Positions 1-13,856 of a DNA stretch of 64,000 nucleotides are shown here, piece after piece. The position numbers and the translations under genes are program-made. Within the stretch, counting starts at the first letter, position 1, and every line of letters begins with the position of its first letter. The stretch lies in assembly GCA_951406725.2 (NCBI GenBank), contig OX597817.1, forward strand, positions 38,626,001 to 38,690,000, written 5' to 3'. Source of the stretch: Octopus vulgaris. Its lineage: Eukaryota. Under the pieces are notes generated by a model. That model was not told where the DNA came from and ran no database searches. It saw only the letters and a program-made list of their open reading frames with translations.

Positions 1-1445
1 CCTACACAATAGCTGCTGGTCAACCAATTCCTTGTGAGTAAAATTAGTAAACAGAAACTTAAGAAACCTATGATCATGTGTTGTGTGTGCATGTAAGTGT
101 TTGTGTGCATGTGTCTTTGTGTAAGCTCATACTTCCCCTCATCTTGACATGTTGAATGGTTTTGTAAACAAAAGTCACATTCAAATGCTATTGTTTGCTT
201 CCAGTTCTTTGTGTAAGTCTGACTGCTTATTGTTTGATTGAATGGGGTGATTTCTACCTCATTCAGAAACAAGTGGGGGTTGGCACCAGGAAGGAGTGTC
301 CAGTGATAACAAACCAGATTCTGACATAAATCTTTAATCATGACTTGAACTCTAGTCTTAATTCTTCCATCTTCATAGTCTCTTACAATTAAGTGGCTTG
401 TTTGTTTGTAACTTTCTTATTAATAAAATAAATATAGAAGACAGCTGGAAAGAGGGTACGCACATGTTATATGTAGCCCACATCAATTTCATAGCAATTT
501 GATTCTTAAAATGTTTTGACTTATGTGCCAAGAGTCGCTCTTGGGTTAATTATATAAGTTTATTTCAATCACGTGTGAAATATTTTAAAGAAAATATCCA
601 GGAGTTACATTTCTTGTTACTTTTTGTTTCTAAAAATACTTTGCAGGTGATTGAAACAAGAAGCCTTGTTATCTATGTTGCATCACTGATCAGATAACTT
701 TGCTTCAGCTCAACAACTTTAAAAAGTTTGTTGAAAACAAATAAATTAAAACTAGTAGATTTGCAATGAGGAGTGGAACTCTAATGCTTTCGTTACTTGC
801 CTTGCTTTGAGCCCTCAAGTCTTGATTGAATTGTAGCAACACTGTTATAGTATTAGGTGTGTCTTGGGCATCAAAACTCGGTAGATGCGCCAGAAAAAGT
901 GCTTAGTAGCATTTCTACTGACTTTAAATTCTGAGTTTAAATGTCATTAGGGTCAAACTTTGCATTTCATTCTATCGGGGTCACATTGGGATCGGTGTAA
1001 TTGACTTCCACCCTCCCCAACAATTGCTGGCCTTGTGCCAAAATTTGTAACCATTATTAGAACATTAAGTGGTGAGCTATGACTACTTAGTGCATCAGAC
1101 AAAATGCTTAATAGTGTCTCTTACAGCTCTTTTGTTCTGAGTTAAGTTCTGCCTTGGTTGACTTTGCCTTTCTTTCTTTCAGGGGTCAATAAAATAAGTA
1201 ACAGTTTAGCAGAGATCAATGTAATCAACTTACCTTCTCCCTCTAAAAATTGCTGGCCTTCTTCCTAAGGTGACAATACGCCAGAATTGGGAAAATGCTT
1301 TATGGCATTTGGTATTTATTCCTGCTCTTTATGATCTGAGTTCAAATCATGACAAGGTCAACTTTGCTTTTCATCTTTTCAGAGTCTATGAAACAAAGTA
1401 CCAGTCAAGTACTGGTCTTCCATCCAGATTTGAAAACACCATTAA

Positions 1446-1659
1446 CCCTTTCGTTACTGTATTATTTTGAGATGCTCTGTGTTTCTTTCAATTACTTTAA
1501 ATATAACAAAGAATTTAGTAAAATAACTTAGTTATCTTTCAGCTAGTGTTGGGAACATAAATTGTGACTAAGGTTTGGTGGAAGATTTTAATTCAAAACT
1601 TATGAAAACAAGACATTTGTAACTCAGAGCCGGTTTCAGCCTGGTTGGTAACGAAAGGG
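1446..1659. mobile_element. piggyBac-type MITE
   Basis: TTAA TSDs (1442-1445, 1660-1663) and TIR CCCTTTCGTTAC/GTAACGAAAGGG. Confidence 0.9.
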
Positions 1660-4600
1660 TTAATACTTCTTAATATGGCAACTTATCAGATTCATTTAGA
1701 GCATCAGAAAAAATCCCTTGCATCATTTGTTCTAGCTATTTATGCTCAGAGTTTTAATCCTGCTGATATAACTGTAACTGACCAATCCCTCTCTTCAAAA
1801 TTGCTAGCCTTCTACCTAAATTGGAATCAATTATTATTACTTCTTCATATAAACAACTGGGTTTGGATTCACTTGTGTCGTGTTCCTGACAATTATATAA
1901 ATGACTTAATGCCACTAATGATTTTATGTAGTACAATTGTCTAGCACAAAAATAATTTGCATTTTTGTTTGTTTTGTTGTTTTATCTTATGTTTTTATCA
2001 TTATTTTTCAAAAATGACATTGGAATGCGGGCACAACTGTGTAGTTAAGAAACTTCCTTCCCAACCATGTGTTTTTGAGCTCAGTCTTACTACACAAACA
2101 CTTAGGCAAGTGTCTTCTTCTATAGCCCTGGACCAACCAAAGCCTTGTGAATGGATATGATAGACAGAAACGGAAAGAAGCCCATCATATATGCATATAT
2201 TGTGTGTGTATATGTCCTTGTCTTACCATCAAGCCATACAGGTGATGTTGTTCATTTCCATTCTTCTGTGAAGAACATGTCTGGCCATGGAGATATGTTA
2301 CCCTGCTTGGAAATATGTGAAGGCTGACAAGAAGGAAGGGCATCTGGGCATAGAAAATCTTCTTCAACAAATTCTATCTGACCCATGCAGGTATAGAAAA
2401 GTGGAAGACATTAAAAACAACAATGATGATGATGATGATGTTGAAACTTTATACATCTGAATCATCATTATTTTAAAAAGATAAAAAAAAAAAAGAACCA
2501 GGTTAATCCTTAAGTCTGTCCTATTTATAACTTCATAACTAAGGTATTACAAAAGTAAATTGGTGCTATTTCAGTATTTAGTCCACTCAATTATTATGAA
2601 ACTTAAAGGATCAGGAAATTCTAGAGTTGTGCAGTATCCTTGTTAGTTTGTTTTGTTTTGGTCTCATTTGTTTTTTAAGTTTTTTTTTCTTGTTACAAAG
2701 AAGGTCAATATTATTATTATGTCGCAGTAGACCTGAAATGAAAGGTCAACTTAACAATTAGGTTCTTTGACCCCTTAGGAGAAAGCTATGTAATTTTCAA
2801 AAAGAAGGCAAGAAAATGACTGTTTTGTGACAATATTGGTGGTGTATGGTTGTTACAAAGTAGGTCAGTATTATTAATGCTTCTGCCCTGCCGCTGCTGC
2901 TATTTCAGCACATTGTACTTACCACCACCCACATGCACACATACACATACATCTTTTATATGTGTTTACTCCATCTCTTACATGTTTTGGGTTTTTTTTT
3001 CCTTTTTTTTTTTTTTACATTTTACATGAGTGAGATGGGATGAGATGGGATGGGACAATTTATGTAAATTTGGGCAATTATATATTACTGGAGCTAGTAT
3101 TTCTACTACTTGGATGTCCCTTCCAGCTGCTATAAACCATTAAAGCATGAAATAGAAATTATACCTGTTGGCAGGCCAGTAGCTTAACATTAGCAAACTA
3201 AAGTATCTTGTCTACAGGTATTTATATATTTATTCAGACAAAGGGCTATTACAATTTCTATGCTTACAAGCTTCAGCCAAAGGTCTTATAACAATTTCTA
3301 TACTTACAAGCTTGCAGCTAGTTCCCCTAACCCCCATATAAATACTGCAACTATGGCCTATCTACTGTGCCTCTATAAATATAAATAGGTGTGATTGTGT
3401 GGTTAAGAAGCTAGCTTCCAAACCATGTGGTCCAGGTTCAATCCCACTCTGTGGCACCTTGGGCTAATGTCTTCTGCTCTAGCCCCAGGCCAACCAAAGC
3501 CTTGTAAGTGAATTTGAAAATCAGAAACTAGAAAAAGCTTGTTGTAACCAAGTGTGTGTGTGAGGGCATGTATTTATGTGTGTCCTTGTCTTGACATCAT
3601 GTGATGGTTGTAAATGAGCATCACTATCATACAAGCAAAGTTGTGCATTTCTAGTCTCCCCTGAAAAACATGTCTGGCCATAAGAGACAGAAATATTACC
3701 TTGCTTGGAAACAGGTGAGGATTAGAGATGGAAAAGGGCATATGGCCATCTAAAAAAGCTTCGACAAATTTGGTCTTATCCATGCAAGCATGGAAAAATA
3801 AACATTAAATGATGGAAAATGAGGCTGATTTCCATACTCTATGTTGCTATTTCCTTACTCCCAAAAATAAATATTCTTACCTTGTTGGGTTTACGGTAGT
3901 TTTAATTTTTCTATGACAATCATAGAGTAAGTTATGCCCTCACCCATGCCTCAGTTCTTTGTTAATGCCATCAGCATTCTTAACATACTCTACTTCATCA
4001 CTTACATAACCTCATAAACACCACAGTATTGCATTTTTCTTTGTTTTTCTATAAACTCTAAGGTCTTCAACTTACTGAATCTAAATCAGTTGATGATGTC
4101 CAGTAAAACACCATCATTTTTATGTTTGGTTATCTGATGCTGTCACACTATTCAGATCATTATCAGTGCTTGCAAAGTATGGCAGTGTGTTTGATCAACC
4201 CCTGCTTCTCGGTCTCATATGTAAACTATCATTAGAGTCAAAAGTGAATACTTAGAGTCTGTTAGGAGGATTGATCATGTCACCTGTTCAGACAAACTGG
4301 AAAGAGAATGTCATATGATTGATTGCTATTACAAATAAACCAAGCCAAGGAACTGTACAGATGCTCTCTCATTTCAACAAAGTCAACCTCAGTAGAATAC
4401 TAATAATAATGGTTTGTAATATAGGTACAAGGCCTGATATTTGGAGGAGGGAGTTTGTCAATTACTACATCAGTCTCAGTACTTCACTAGTATTTTATTT
4501 TCAAAGAACAAACGGCAAAGTCAACCTTGGCAGAATTTGAACTCAGAATGTAAGAAACTGGATGAAATAGCACTAAGCATTTTGTCCAGCTTACTGCCTT

Positions 4601-6137
4601 AATAAAAATAATAATATTCTACCTATGCAGAGTGTGTATGTGTGGTGGGGGAGGCTTGTGCATGTAAGGAAGATTAACTGTTATAAGTGTGATATATGTA
4701 ATTTGTTGCTACAGTTGGAAAGGACATCACTAATTGTTGTTATTGTTGCCTACCAGCTCTCATGATCAGGCTACCTAACTACATTTGTCTTCATCATCAT
4801 CATCATCATCATCATCCACCACATTTATTACCACCAACACCAGCTTTTACAATATATATGAAAGTTTGTGTGCGTGTGCGTGTTCTCACATGCTCTTTCA
4901 TTGAGCTTCCTTTTGTTATAATTACTGTTATGTACTGCCTCGTTTTTAGCACCATCACCACTACAGCCACCAACAGCCATTATCATACAGCAATAACAAA
5001 AACAACAACTTTGTGAAATAAATAATCAATTATCAACTTTTTGATTGTTTGTAATTAGTACCATCTATTAATGAGGAGATTATCTCTTTTGAATTCAGGA
5101 GTGGAGAGCAGGGGAGATATAATGTTCATGCTTTTTCTCATAAAATTGTGTGTTTGTTTGTGTGTGTGTGTATGATGCTGATAATGACATACATTCATGT
5201 ATACACACATAAAGATACATGTGTGTGTGTGTTGAGAGAGAAAGAGAGAGAGATGAGGGTGCTGAAATCAGGAATTAAAACTGGATTATGGAATTGGTTC
5301 AGTGGAAAGCTTCTCTTCCCATTCTACATTTCTTGGAAATAAGAAAGCTTCTCTTCAGTTCCTTGGCTTGAGTTGTTTTTTATTACGTACCAAGTTTCCT
5401 CTGAAACTGCTAATCTACTGTCTTAAAAATAGGAAGGACACAGATATACAAAAAGATGAGTTGGACAAGACAATAAGTCTGGAACATACTTGATCTTCAG
5501 TTTGTGGAATTGAGTCTGACGCAATCAAAATTGTTTCAGCTTTATGATCATCCTACATGTGTAGTGTGATTTGAGACTGTCTGGCTGCTAATTTTTGTGG
5601 GAATCACAACAAGACCAATGAGGCTCCACCTACAGTTGGGTGCAGCACAGTTATCTCCCTTCGCTGAAACAAATGTTTAGGCCCTGATCATCTCTGAGTA
5701 GATCTGTGATCAAAAACATTCATGTCATGATCAACCCATCCATCTCGCAAGCATTCCTTGCCTGTTGAGAGACCATGTGGAGGTTTGCTGTATGGCTCGT
5801 ACACTCATATATGAGTTTCCTTTATTTAAACTTAATGTAGCTACAAATGTCCCCTGCGGCACTCCTCACTGTCTTTTAAAAATTAAGATACTTTGGATAT
5901 TGCAGTCCTGGATTCAGTCTGAAAAAAAAAAAAGAAGAAAAATAAGGCTAGATGGTCACATCTGGAACGCTTTTAATCATGAGTTTGGTCAACCATGTCT
6001 TCTGTGACTAAACAACATCAACAACTGAACTTTTATTTTTTATTTGTGGTTTTTTTCATTTACTTTATAAACTTTATTCCTCTTAATCTACTTACATAAC
6101 ATGTTATTTACTGTTTTCTTTTTTCTTTCTTTTGCAG

Positions 6138-6342
6138 TGGTGACCACCTTGTGCGAGTTAGGGCACAGGTCATGACAAGAGATGACTCTAGTGGGGGGTG
6201 GGTGCCGCTCAATGGAGGGGGCCTCAGTTATGTTTGCCTAAAAACAATTCCAACTGTGAGCAATGGTAGTGGAGGCAGTGGAAGGGAGGTGGACTTACGT
6301 AAAGATTACATTATTTATGGAGAAAGGATCGTAGATGCTAAT
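6138..6342 (+). CDS. SPRED: SPRED-family protein, internal coding exon encoding the N-terminal half of the EVH1/WH1 domain
   Basis: Polypyrimidine tract plus tttgcAG acceptor (6136-6137) and GTAAGT donor at 6343. Translation GDHLVRVRAQVMTRDDSSGGWVPLNGGGLSYVCL...DYIIYGERIVDAN matches the SPRED signature RVRAxVMTRDDSSGGW. The upstream intron is phase 2 and the downstream intron is phase 0. Confidence 0.95.
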
Positions 6343-8210
6343 GTAAGTATAAATCTCCCATTATATATTTTCATTTTCTTTTTACCTTCTTTCTTTCAGT
6401 ATTCATAATATGTGATCTCAAATTTGTGCAAGGGCACAGTTATGGTTGTGTGATTGGGAAGTCCAATTTACAAGCTTATGGCTTTGGGTTAAGTTCCACT
6501 GTTCATTCTTTAAGTCGACCAAATGACCAAAGCCCTTTAACTTTGGTCATTGTGAGGCAATCAACAAAGTAAAAACAAAATACCTTTAAAAGTAGTGTCC
6601 TGACATTGCTTCAGTCAAAATACATTGAGTAGAACCAGTGAAAGAATAATAAAAATTCTAAAAGTAGATCTGCTTCAATAAACTCTGTCTAGCCTATGCA
6701 AACATGAAAAAGTGGACATTAAAACAATGATGATGATAATGAGAGCTTGTTTAATTGCTGCTTACTTAATTGCATGGATTACAGAAAGAGAGAAAAGACG
6801 CATGCACAGAAGAGAAACAAGACTAAACCAAAAGTTTGTGCACATACCCAGCACATGCTACCCTTTATCTCTTTATATAATAAGTTTCTTATGCCAGGGT
6901 CTGCACTGCCAAAACTGAACCAAAACTTAACTTACATCCACACCAGTCTTTATGGGTTTGTCCCATATGTCTGTCAGGTTTTTGAAATGCAAAACTTGTT
7001 TAAATGATGCCTTGCTGATGGGAAACACTAACTTCTATGGATTACAAAAAGAGGGGGAAGAGAGAGAGAGAGACACACACACAGAACAGGAACAAGAATA
7101 AAGCAAAAATAAACAAACAGTATTTAATAGTCATGTGTCTAAATGCTACTGCCAATGTGTGCTAGTTATCTGTAATTGGTCAGTTGCTAAAGGACACACA
7201 CACACTGTTGTTAAGACCTACATACATATACATACACATTGTTACACCTCTTGTGTTACTAGGTTACCACTGAGAATGAAAGTTGTTCATCTTTCTCTTT
7301 CTATCATATCTCTCTCTCTCTCTCTCCTTCCCTCCCTCTCTCTCTTTCCCTCCCTCTCTCTCTCTTTCCCTCCCTCTCTCTCTCTCAGACACCACCCCTC
7401 ATCTCCTAGACCATTTTATTTATATTTGCATTTACATCCTTTTTTTTTTTCCTCAGTCACTTTCAAGTCACTTATCTTCCCTCCCACTATTAATTCCAGT
7501 ATTTGGTTCTGTATGTGTGTGTGTGTGTGTTGTAAAATTCATATGGACTGGGTACTGGGACTTCAGTTTTTACCTAACAGTTTCTTTGGCCAGTTAAATA
7601 AACCATTGGGTAGAATATTTGAAGTTCCAGTCAGTAGGAAGTTTACAATAAATTTGTCTCTACTCTGAATATAAAGTCATTCCAACACTAAATGTTTCAT
7701 TATTTTTAAAATTAGCTATAAAATATTGGTTTCAGATTTTGGCACAAGGCCAGTTAGTTGAGGGAAGGGGTTAAGTCAGTTACATCAACCCCAGTGCTCA
7801 AATGGTACTTTATTTATTGACCCTGAAAGGATGGAAGGCAAAGTCTGAACTGCCAAGCATTTTGCCTGCTGTGCTAACAATTCTGCCAGCTCACTGCCTT
7901 ATAAATAAGCTCTAGAATATTAACCTCAATCTGATGATATAATGTATATCATTATCATCATAATCATTATTTTAACATCCAATTTTGGGATTCAGTTCTA
8001 CTGCACTGCACCTTGGGCATGGGTCAGCTACTATAAACATAGGTCAGCTAAAACTTTGTGAATGGATTTGGTGGACAGAAACTAAAAGAAAACCATCATG
8101 GTATGTTTGTATTTGCATTTCTCTGAAAATTACTGAGATACAAGTGGTGACATTGTTGTCAATTCCCCTATTAACAAATTATTTGCTGCCTTGAACATGT
8201 ATGGAACACG

Positions 8211-8827
8211 CAAACTTGGGCACTAAACTGTTAACTGAGTTAACTATTTAACTTTTAAGTTAACTTTGGGAATCATTATCAGACTAATTAACCTCCATTA
8301 ACTAAAGTCCACTTGAGTTAACTTCTGTTAACTCGGGTTGCTGCGACAATCTTTAGGCTCAAGGACTTGAAGTCCAAGGGCCTTGCCTACTGCAGCCACT
8401 TGGTCAGTGCACTTTTGGCAGGTATCGGCAAAAGGTTTAGGACCCTCCTGGAGGATGAAGAATGTTAGCTAGCTGCTGCCTTCCACTCCAGGTTTCGCCT
8501 CATCTAGTTGGATAAGTATAAATGAGGTCACCAAGGTGAGGAAAAGCATGGAGGATAAGGTCGAGGAGACCATGAGGTAGCAGTCTGATGAAGTGAGCAG
8601 AAACAATGAAGGGGAGGAGGATGACTTCTTCAGTGGTGTCACCCAACCAAAAGAGAGCAGCAGGAGCTACAGGTTACTCAAGGACAAGGCCCAGAATTTG
8701 GTCGACATGATTGGAGACCAACTCCAAGGACTTGCTATGCTGCCTTCTTGGATGGACTTGTTCATCATGTTCAACATTAGTTAACAGATATTGAAGTTAA
8801 CTTTTTGATAAATGATGCCCACCTTTG
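8211..8827 (+). mobile_element. Deleted hAT element with transposase remnant, nested in a SINE
   Basis: Imperfect TIRs CAAACTTGGGCA / TGCCCACCTTTG, degenerate 8-bp TSD (ggaacacg/agaacaaa) and many subterminal GTTAAC(T) repeats. The interior reads LVSALLAGIGKRFRTLLEDEEC*LAAAFHSRFRL, a hAT-like A-x-x-H/D-P-R-F region. The interrupted SINE resumes on both sides. Confidence 0.75.
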
Positions 8828-9573
8828 AGAACAAAATATCTCTTACTTGAAAACAGATAAGAGTTAGCTACAGGGAAAGCATCTGGCTGTAAAACAATGC
8901 ATTTGTAATATACTTGTCTGTCTCATGCTATCATGGAAAAATGTATGTAAAAACAAACAATCTGCTGACTAGTTGTATCCTCAGGCAATAATAATAATAA
9001 TAATAATAATAATAATTAGCAAAAACTGCAGTAAACTCTAAAGTAAAACTTCTTTAACTATTACTTTGATTCTTAGATGGCCAGCTGGCAGAATTATTAG
9101 CATATTAGAAAAAGTGCTTTGCAGCATTAGTTCTAGCTCTTTATTATTGAGTTCAAATCCCACAAAGGCTAACTTTGCTTTTCATCCCTTCAAGGATTAA
9201 TAAAATAAAGTATGTGGGTGTATGATAAGATGCTTACTTCCCAACCACATGGTTCTGGGTTCAGTCACATTACATAGCATCTTGGGCAAGTGTCTTCTGC
9301 TATAGGCTCAGGCTGATCAAAGCCTTGTGAGTGGATTTAGTTGATGGAAACTGAAAGAAGCCTGTCATATTTATTTTTGTGTGTCTATCTGTCTGTCACC
9401 CACCACTGCTTAACAACCAGTATCAGTGTGTCCCTGTAACAGCAGTTCAGCAAAAGTGGCTGATAGAATAAGTACCAGACTTTAAAAATAAGTATTGGGG
9501 TCAATGTATTTGACTCTTGCCCTCCTACAAAATTGCTGGCCTTGTGCCAAAACTAGTTGTTACTTTAATTCTT

Positions 9574-10334
9574 GGATCTTTGTGGTTTCTGTCACTATTT
9601 ACAATTATCTTTTAAAAAAAATGTTTAATATATCATATAAATGTAATTTTTGACACTAAATCCAAATTTGTTCCTCATTTATTCCAGAAAAATTTTGTAA
9701 AAGTGTTAAAGATGTTCAAAGTTTGATAATTTTCAGAATTTTCAACCAATCAGAAAACAGCACATGCGCTGCCTGTTCCATCATCAGGAATCGGCATGTC
9801 AAAACATTGCTAGAAATAACAGTCAAAACATTAAAATATACACAAATGAAGTTAACATTACAACATTCGCGAGCAAATTAAATACTTAAAAGCTACAAAC
9901 AAACAAACCAACAGGAGTTGAATGTTCACCATCCCACTTCCATTGCACACACACATTCACACAGAGTTGAAACACTCCTGCTACCAGGTTACCATCACCT
10001 CTTCCTTCCTTTCTCATTCATATGTTGTGACGGAGAAAAACACGAGTATTATTATAGTAGATTTTCTTTCACGTATCTTCTCCTTATGCATATGCACGGC
10101 ATCTTTGGTTACTATGGAAACAGAGTTTTTCACCACGGTGATGTGTAAAAGACTCGCTTCTGATTGGCTAAAATACCCAAATTTTGAAAATTTTAAAGGC
10201 TAAACTTTTTAATTAGGGATTCTTAGGGAAAATGAATTTCATTTTCATAGTTACTATACAAAACTTAATCCATATACGAAATTTGAAAACAATTGGAACA
10301 AAATTGTAATCAGTGACGAAAGCCACAAAGATCC
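9574..10334. mobile_element. Non-autonomous TIR element (Merlin-like: GG termini, 8-bp TSD)
   Basis: TIR GGATCTTTGTGG(TTTCT/CTTTC)GTCACT at both ends, perfect TSD TAATTCTT at 9566-9573 and 10335-10342, and further inverted CCAATCAGAA/TTCTGATTGG motifs inside. No transposase is evident. Confidence 0.8.
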
Positions 10335-11375
10335 TAATTCTTAAGTGTTTCTTCTACAAGATTTCTTAAAATTTTCAGATTGTAGTAGGGTGGAATTTTG
10401 TAATGGACTTTCTTTTTCATTATTAATGAAATGCAACATATTTACTCTGCAAATTAAGAATATGGTGATCTATTTACCATTATTATTTCAGTTTGCTATG
10501 TGATTAATTACCTTGCATTGAAATTACCAGGCTATAAGCTTACAAGCAATGTATTTACTGTAAACCAATCAGGCATAATGTGATGAAAATTTGATTGCTA
10601 TTTCTAGCAGGTTCAGCAAGCATATGCAGCAGTGATTCTTAACCAATTCTTACCTATGAACCCAATTAATTCCTATTTTATTTGGATGGATCCTTGTAGA
10701 CATTCCATACTCTCTCTTTTACTCTTTTACTTATTTCAGTCATTTGACTGTGGACATGCTGGAGCACCACCTTTAGTCAAGCAAAACGACCCCAGGACTT
10801 ATTCAGTTTCCATCTACCAAATCCAATCACAGTGGGACTGAACCCAGAACCATGTGGTTGGTAAGCAAGCTACTTACCACACAGCCACTCCTGTACCATG
10901 TTTAAAAAAACTTGTTAAAATATTTTGTGCATTGTAGAAGTACAACCAGTTTATTGCACATAAATTTATCAACAAAATCTTTTATGGACCCTAGTTGAGA
11001 AGTACTGATATAGTGACTCTCTCATTGGTCTGTGACCCACAGAGTACTTTTATATAGCAGTAAGGCTTGAAATTTTCTGTGAGATGGTTAGAAATGCACT
11101 TGTCTTGTAGCTATTCTCTCCTTACTGACCTCACCACTATTGGAGGTCACATAACAAAAAGAAAAGAAAAACACTTTTGGAAGAGATATTTCCCAAAAAA
11201 AACAATACCCAAACATAGAAGTATGGCCCATAGTAAGTTATTGCTAAAAATAATGTTCAACCACATCCAAAGATAGTCTTCAGGAATATGATAGTATTAA
11301 AATTATATATATATATATATAAGGCAAAAAGTTTCTAATAATGGGTAGTTTCCATGACCTGAGAAGACTGCTCCC

Positions 11376-11378
<3 letters not shown>

Positions 11379-11441
<63 letters not shown>
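11379..11441. repeat. (CT)n microsatellite; similar long tracts near 27218-27289, 23290-23341, 50253-50290 and 63654-63710
   Basis: Seen directly in the sequence. Confidence 0.95.
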
Positions 11442-11444
<3 letters not shown>

Positions 11445-12589
11445 ATATAACTTTAAAATAAATATCTTACATGTTCCACATATGGGATTGAACCTGCTTT
11501 GTTCTCTCACTGTTCACACACACACACACACATGCACACATGCACCTCTCACTAATTAAGCCACACTGACTTCTTCCACATTCCTGTCAATCTTTGGTTA
11601 AAGAGGCAGAGGAAAGAAGTTATTTTTGGCAAATACCCTCCATGCTTAAGTTTACTTGCTCTACCCCACCATCACATCACCACCACCACAACCTCCTACA
11701 AGATTACCTGTTCCCTCCCACACTTTCAACCCTATCCCCCACCATGACTCTCCATACCCTTTCTCTCACTCTGCTTTTAGACATCTTAAAACCCAACCAA
11801 GATCACTTGTTACTATTGCTGTTGCTGCTACTACTACTACCATCACTACTACTACCACCACCACCACCACCTTCCAATGCCACCTCACCATTTCTGCTAT
11901 TCACAACTCTTAGGCACCATCACTAAAAATATTATCTACTACCTTTGCTGCTGCTGCTACTACTACTACCACCACTACTACTACTACTACACTAGAAAGT
12001 GGACTACCATCACCATCCATACTATTATTGCCCATCATCATCATCGTTATTATTTATCTCTCATACTACTGTACAATTTTCAACTCTCACTACTACTACC
12101 ACACCAATACCACCATCACAAACATTCCCACACCATCGTCACTTATAGTTTTCACTAGTTTCCTCTTTTTTTTTTGCCACTAGTAAGTAGCAATTGCTCT
12201 CTAGCAAAGAAGTCTTTGTGTGGCTGCTTGACATGCTTGAAATAGCAGTCAAATCTCTCTTAAATCACACCTTGCCATCTCAAAAAAAAAATTTTTTAAG
12301 CAAAAGGACACTTTAGTTATTATATTGCTGATATAAAAAGACAGATGGTAAATATTGGGATACCTGATCTCTGCAATCAGAGCAAACTTTGGGCCAAACA
12401 ATGGAAACCACCCTCCAGTAATGTCAACTACTGCTACTGGTCACCTGTCACCCATATACATATCCAGTTCCAACATCTACCCTTCTATTACGACTACATA
12501 TATATATATTATTATCATCATCATCATCATCGTCGTTTAACGTCCGTTTTCCGCGCTAGCACGGGTTGGATGGTTCGACTGGGGTCTGG

Positions 12590-13417
12590 GGCGGTGAATA
12601 AACTGTCATTTAAATTACACAAAAATGAAAATATCACCGATCATCTCATTTTAACAGATTATTTGCCCAAATTATCTAAAAATATTTTGAAACACAAAAC
12701 AATAAATTTACACACCCTCCAGGTGACTTCAGAATCTCATGCAACTCTTCTGGGACGGTCTCTTTGTTTAAGTTGGTGAATGCTGCCATAATCCTTGCCT
12801 TCAGTTCATTTTTGGTGTTACATGGAGTTTTGTTGGTGTCTACCTCAACTGTGCCCCACATATAATAAGGGGGTTGCAGTCTGGGGAGTTAGGTAGCCAG
12901 ACGTTAGGGGTGATGTTGTTGCAGAAATTGTCTGACAGCCATGACTGTGTTCTCTTGCTTGTGTGGCATCATGCAGAGTCTTGTTGCCAGACAAAGGGTC
13001 TTCCAGCAGTCACCCTCCTAGCCCCAGGTAGCACTACTTCCTCCAAGCACTTGATGTAGACCTCCATATTGAGTCTGAGACCATGTGGGAAGATGAATGG
13101 AGGCATAATGTCGCCATCATTAACGATCACTCCAAACACCATGATGTTGACGGATGTTTGATTTTTATCACTCTCGGTACAAGTCCTCAGATTGACGCCC
13201 AAGCTCTGAAATGTTCATATTGGAGCTTCCAGCACAAATGCCAAGCAGTACAGCATATTGTTTTCAAATTTCTTACAGTGAATTGCTTCATGGTGCTGTT
13301 CTTCTCAGACAATGCTGAACTGATCCTACTTATACTGTGTAGTCAACAAAATCAAAAACAATGCTCATTCATAAAATTAGAAATATAAAATGATGACAAT
13401 TTACCTATCACACCCTG
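12590..13417 (-). mobile_element. Decayed, internally deleted DD37D (maT-like) Tc1/mariner element
   Basis: The right end reads TA-CAGGGTGTGATAGGTAAATTGTCA on the minus strand. Translation gives IMVFGVI...WQQDSA*CHTSKRTQSWL...WLPNSPDCNPL[fs]YMWGTVE...ELKARI. There are 37 residues from the second D to the frameshifted third-D position. The left end is overwritten by a SINE tail. Confidence 0.85.
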
Positions 13418-13856
13418 TATGCATATGTGTGTGTGTGTGTGTGTAAAGTGAAATTGAACAGTCTTTAATCAAAATCACAATTGTTTCTGTACATCAGTAA
13501 CAGCTATTAAGGTGAGTGGCTTTTGAGAGAACTGAGAGAAGACATCTCAAAGCTACTCACCTATATATGTGTGTGTATATATATCATCATCATCATCATC
13601 GTTTAACATCCACTTTCCATGCTAGCATGGGTTGGACGATTTTGACTGAGGGCTGGCGAACCAGATGGTTGCACCAGGCTCCAATCTTGATTTGGCAGAG
13701 TTTCTACAGCTGGATGCCCTTTCTAACACCAACCACTCCAAGAGTGTAGTGGGTGCTTTTTATGTGCCACCGGCACAGGGGCCAGTCAGGCGGTACTGGC
13801 AATGACCTCGCTCGAATCCTTTTACACATGCCATCAGCACAGGTGCCAATATATAT

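Noticed and set aside
3240-3320. Two direct repeats (ACAATTTCTATRCTTACAAGCTT) whose minus strand resembles CUGAAG...GAAA-UUGUAA-UA
   Set aside because: The core lacks A9 and a proper helix II, so it is too degenerate to call a hammerhead. It could still be a pLTR relic.
7135-7668. 177-aa ORF and the many similar YIYI/SLSL/HTHT/CVCV ORFs (e.g. 31164-31529, 40743-41282, 27098-27481)
   Set aside because: The frames stay open only because dinucleotide repeats lack stop codons.
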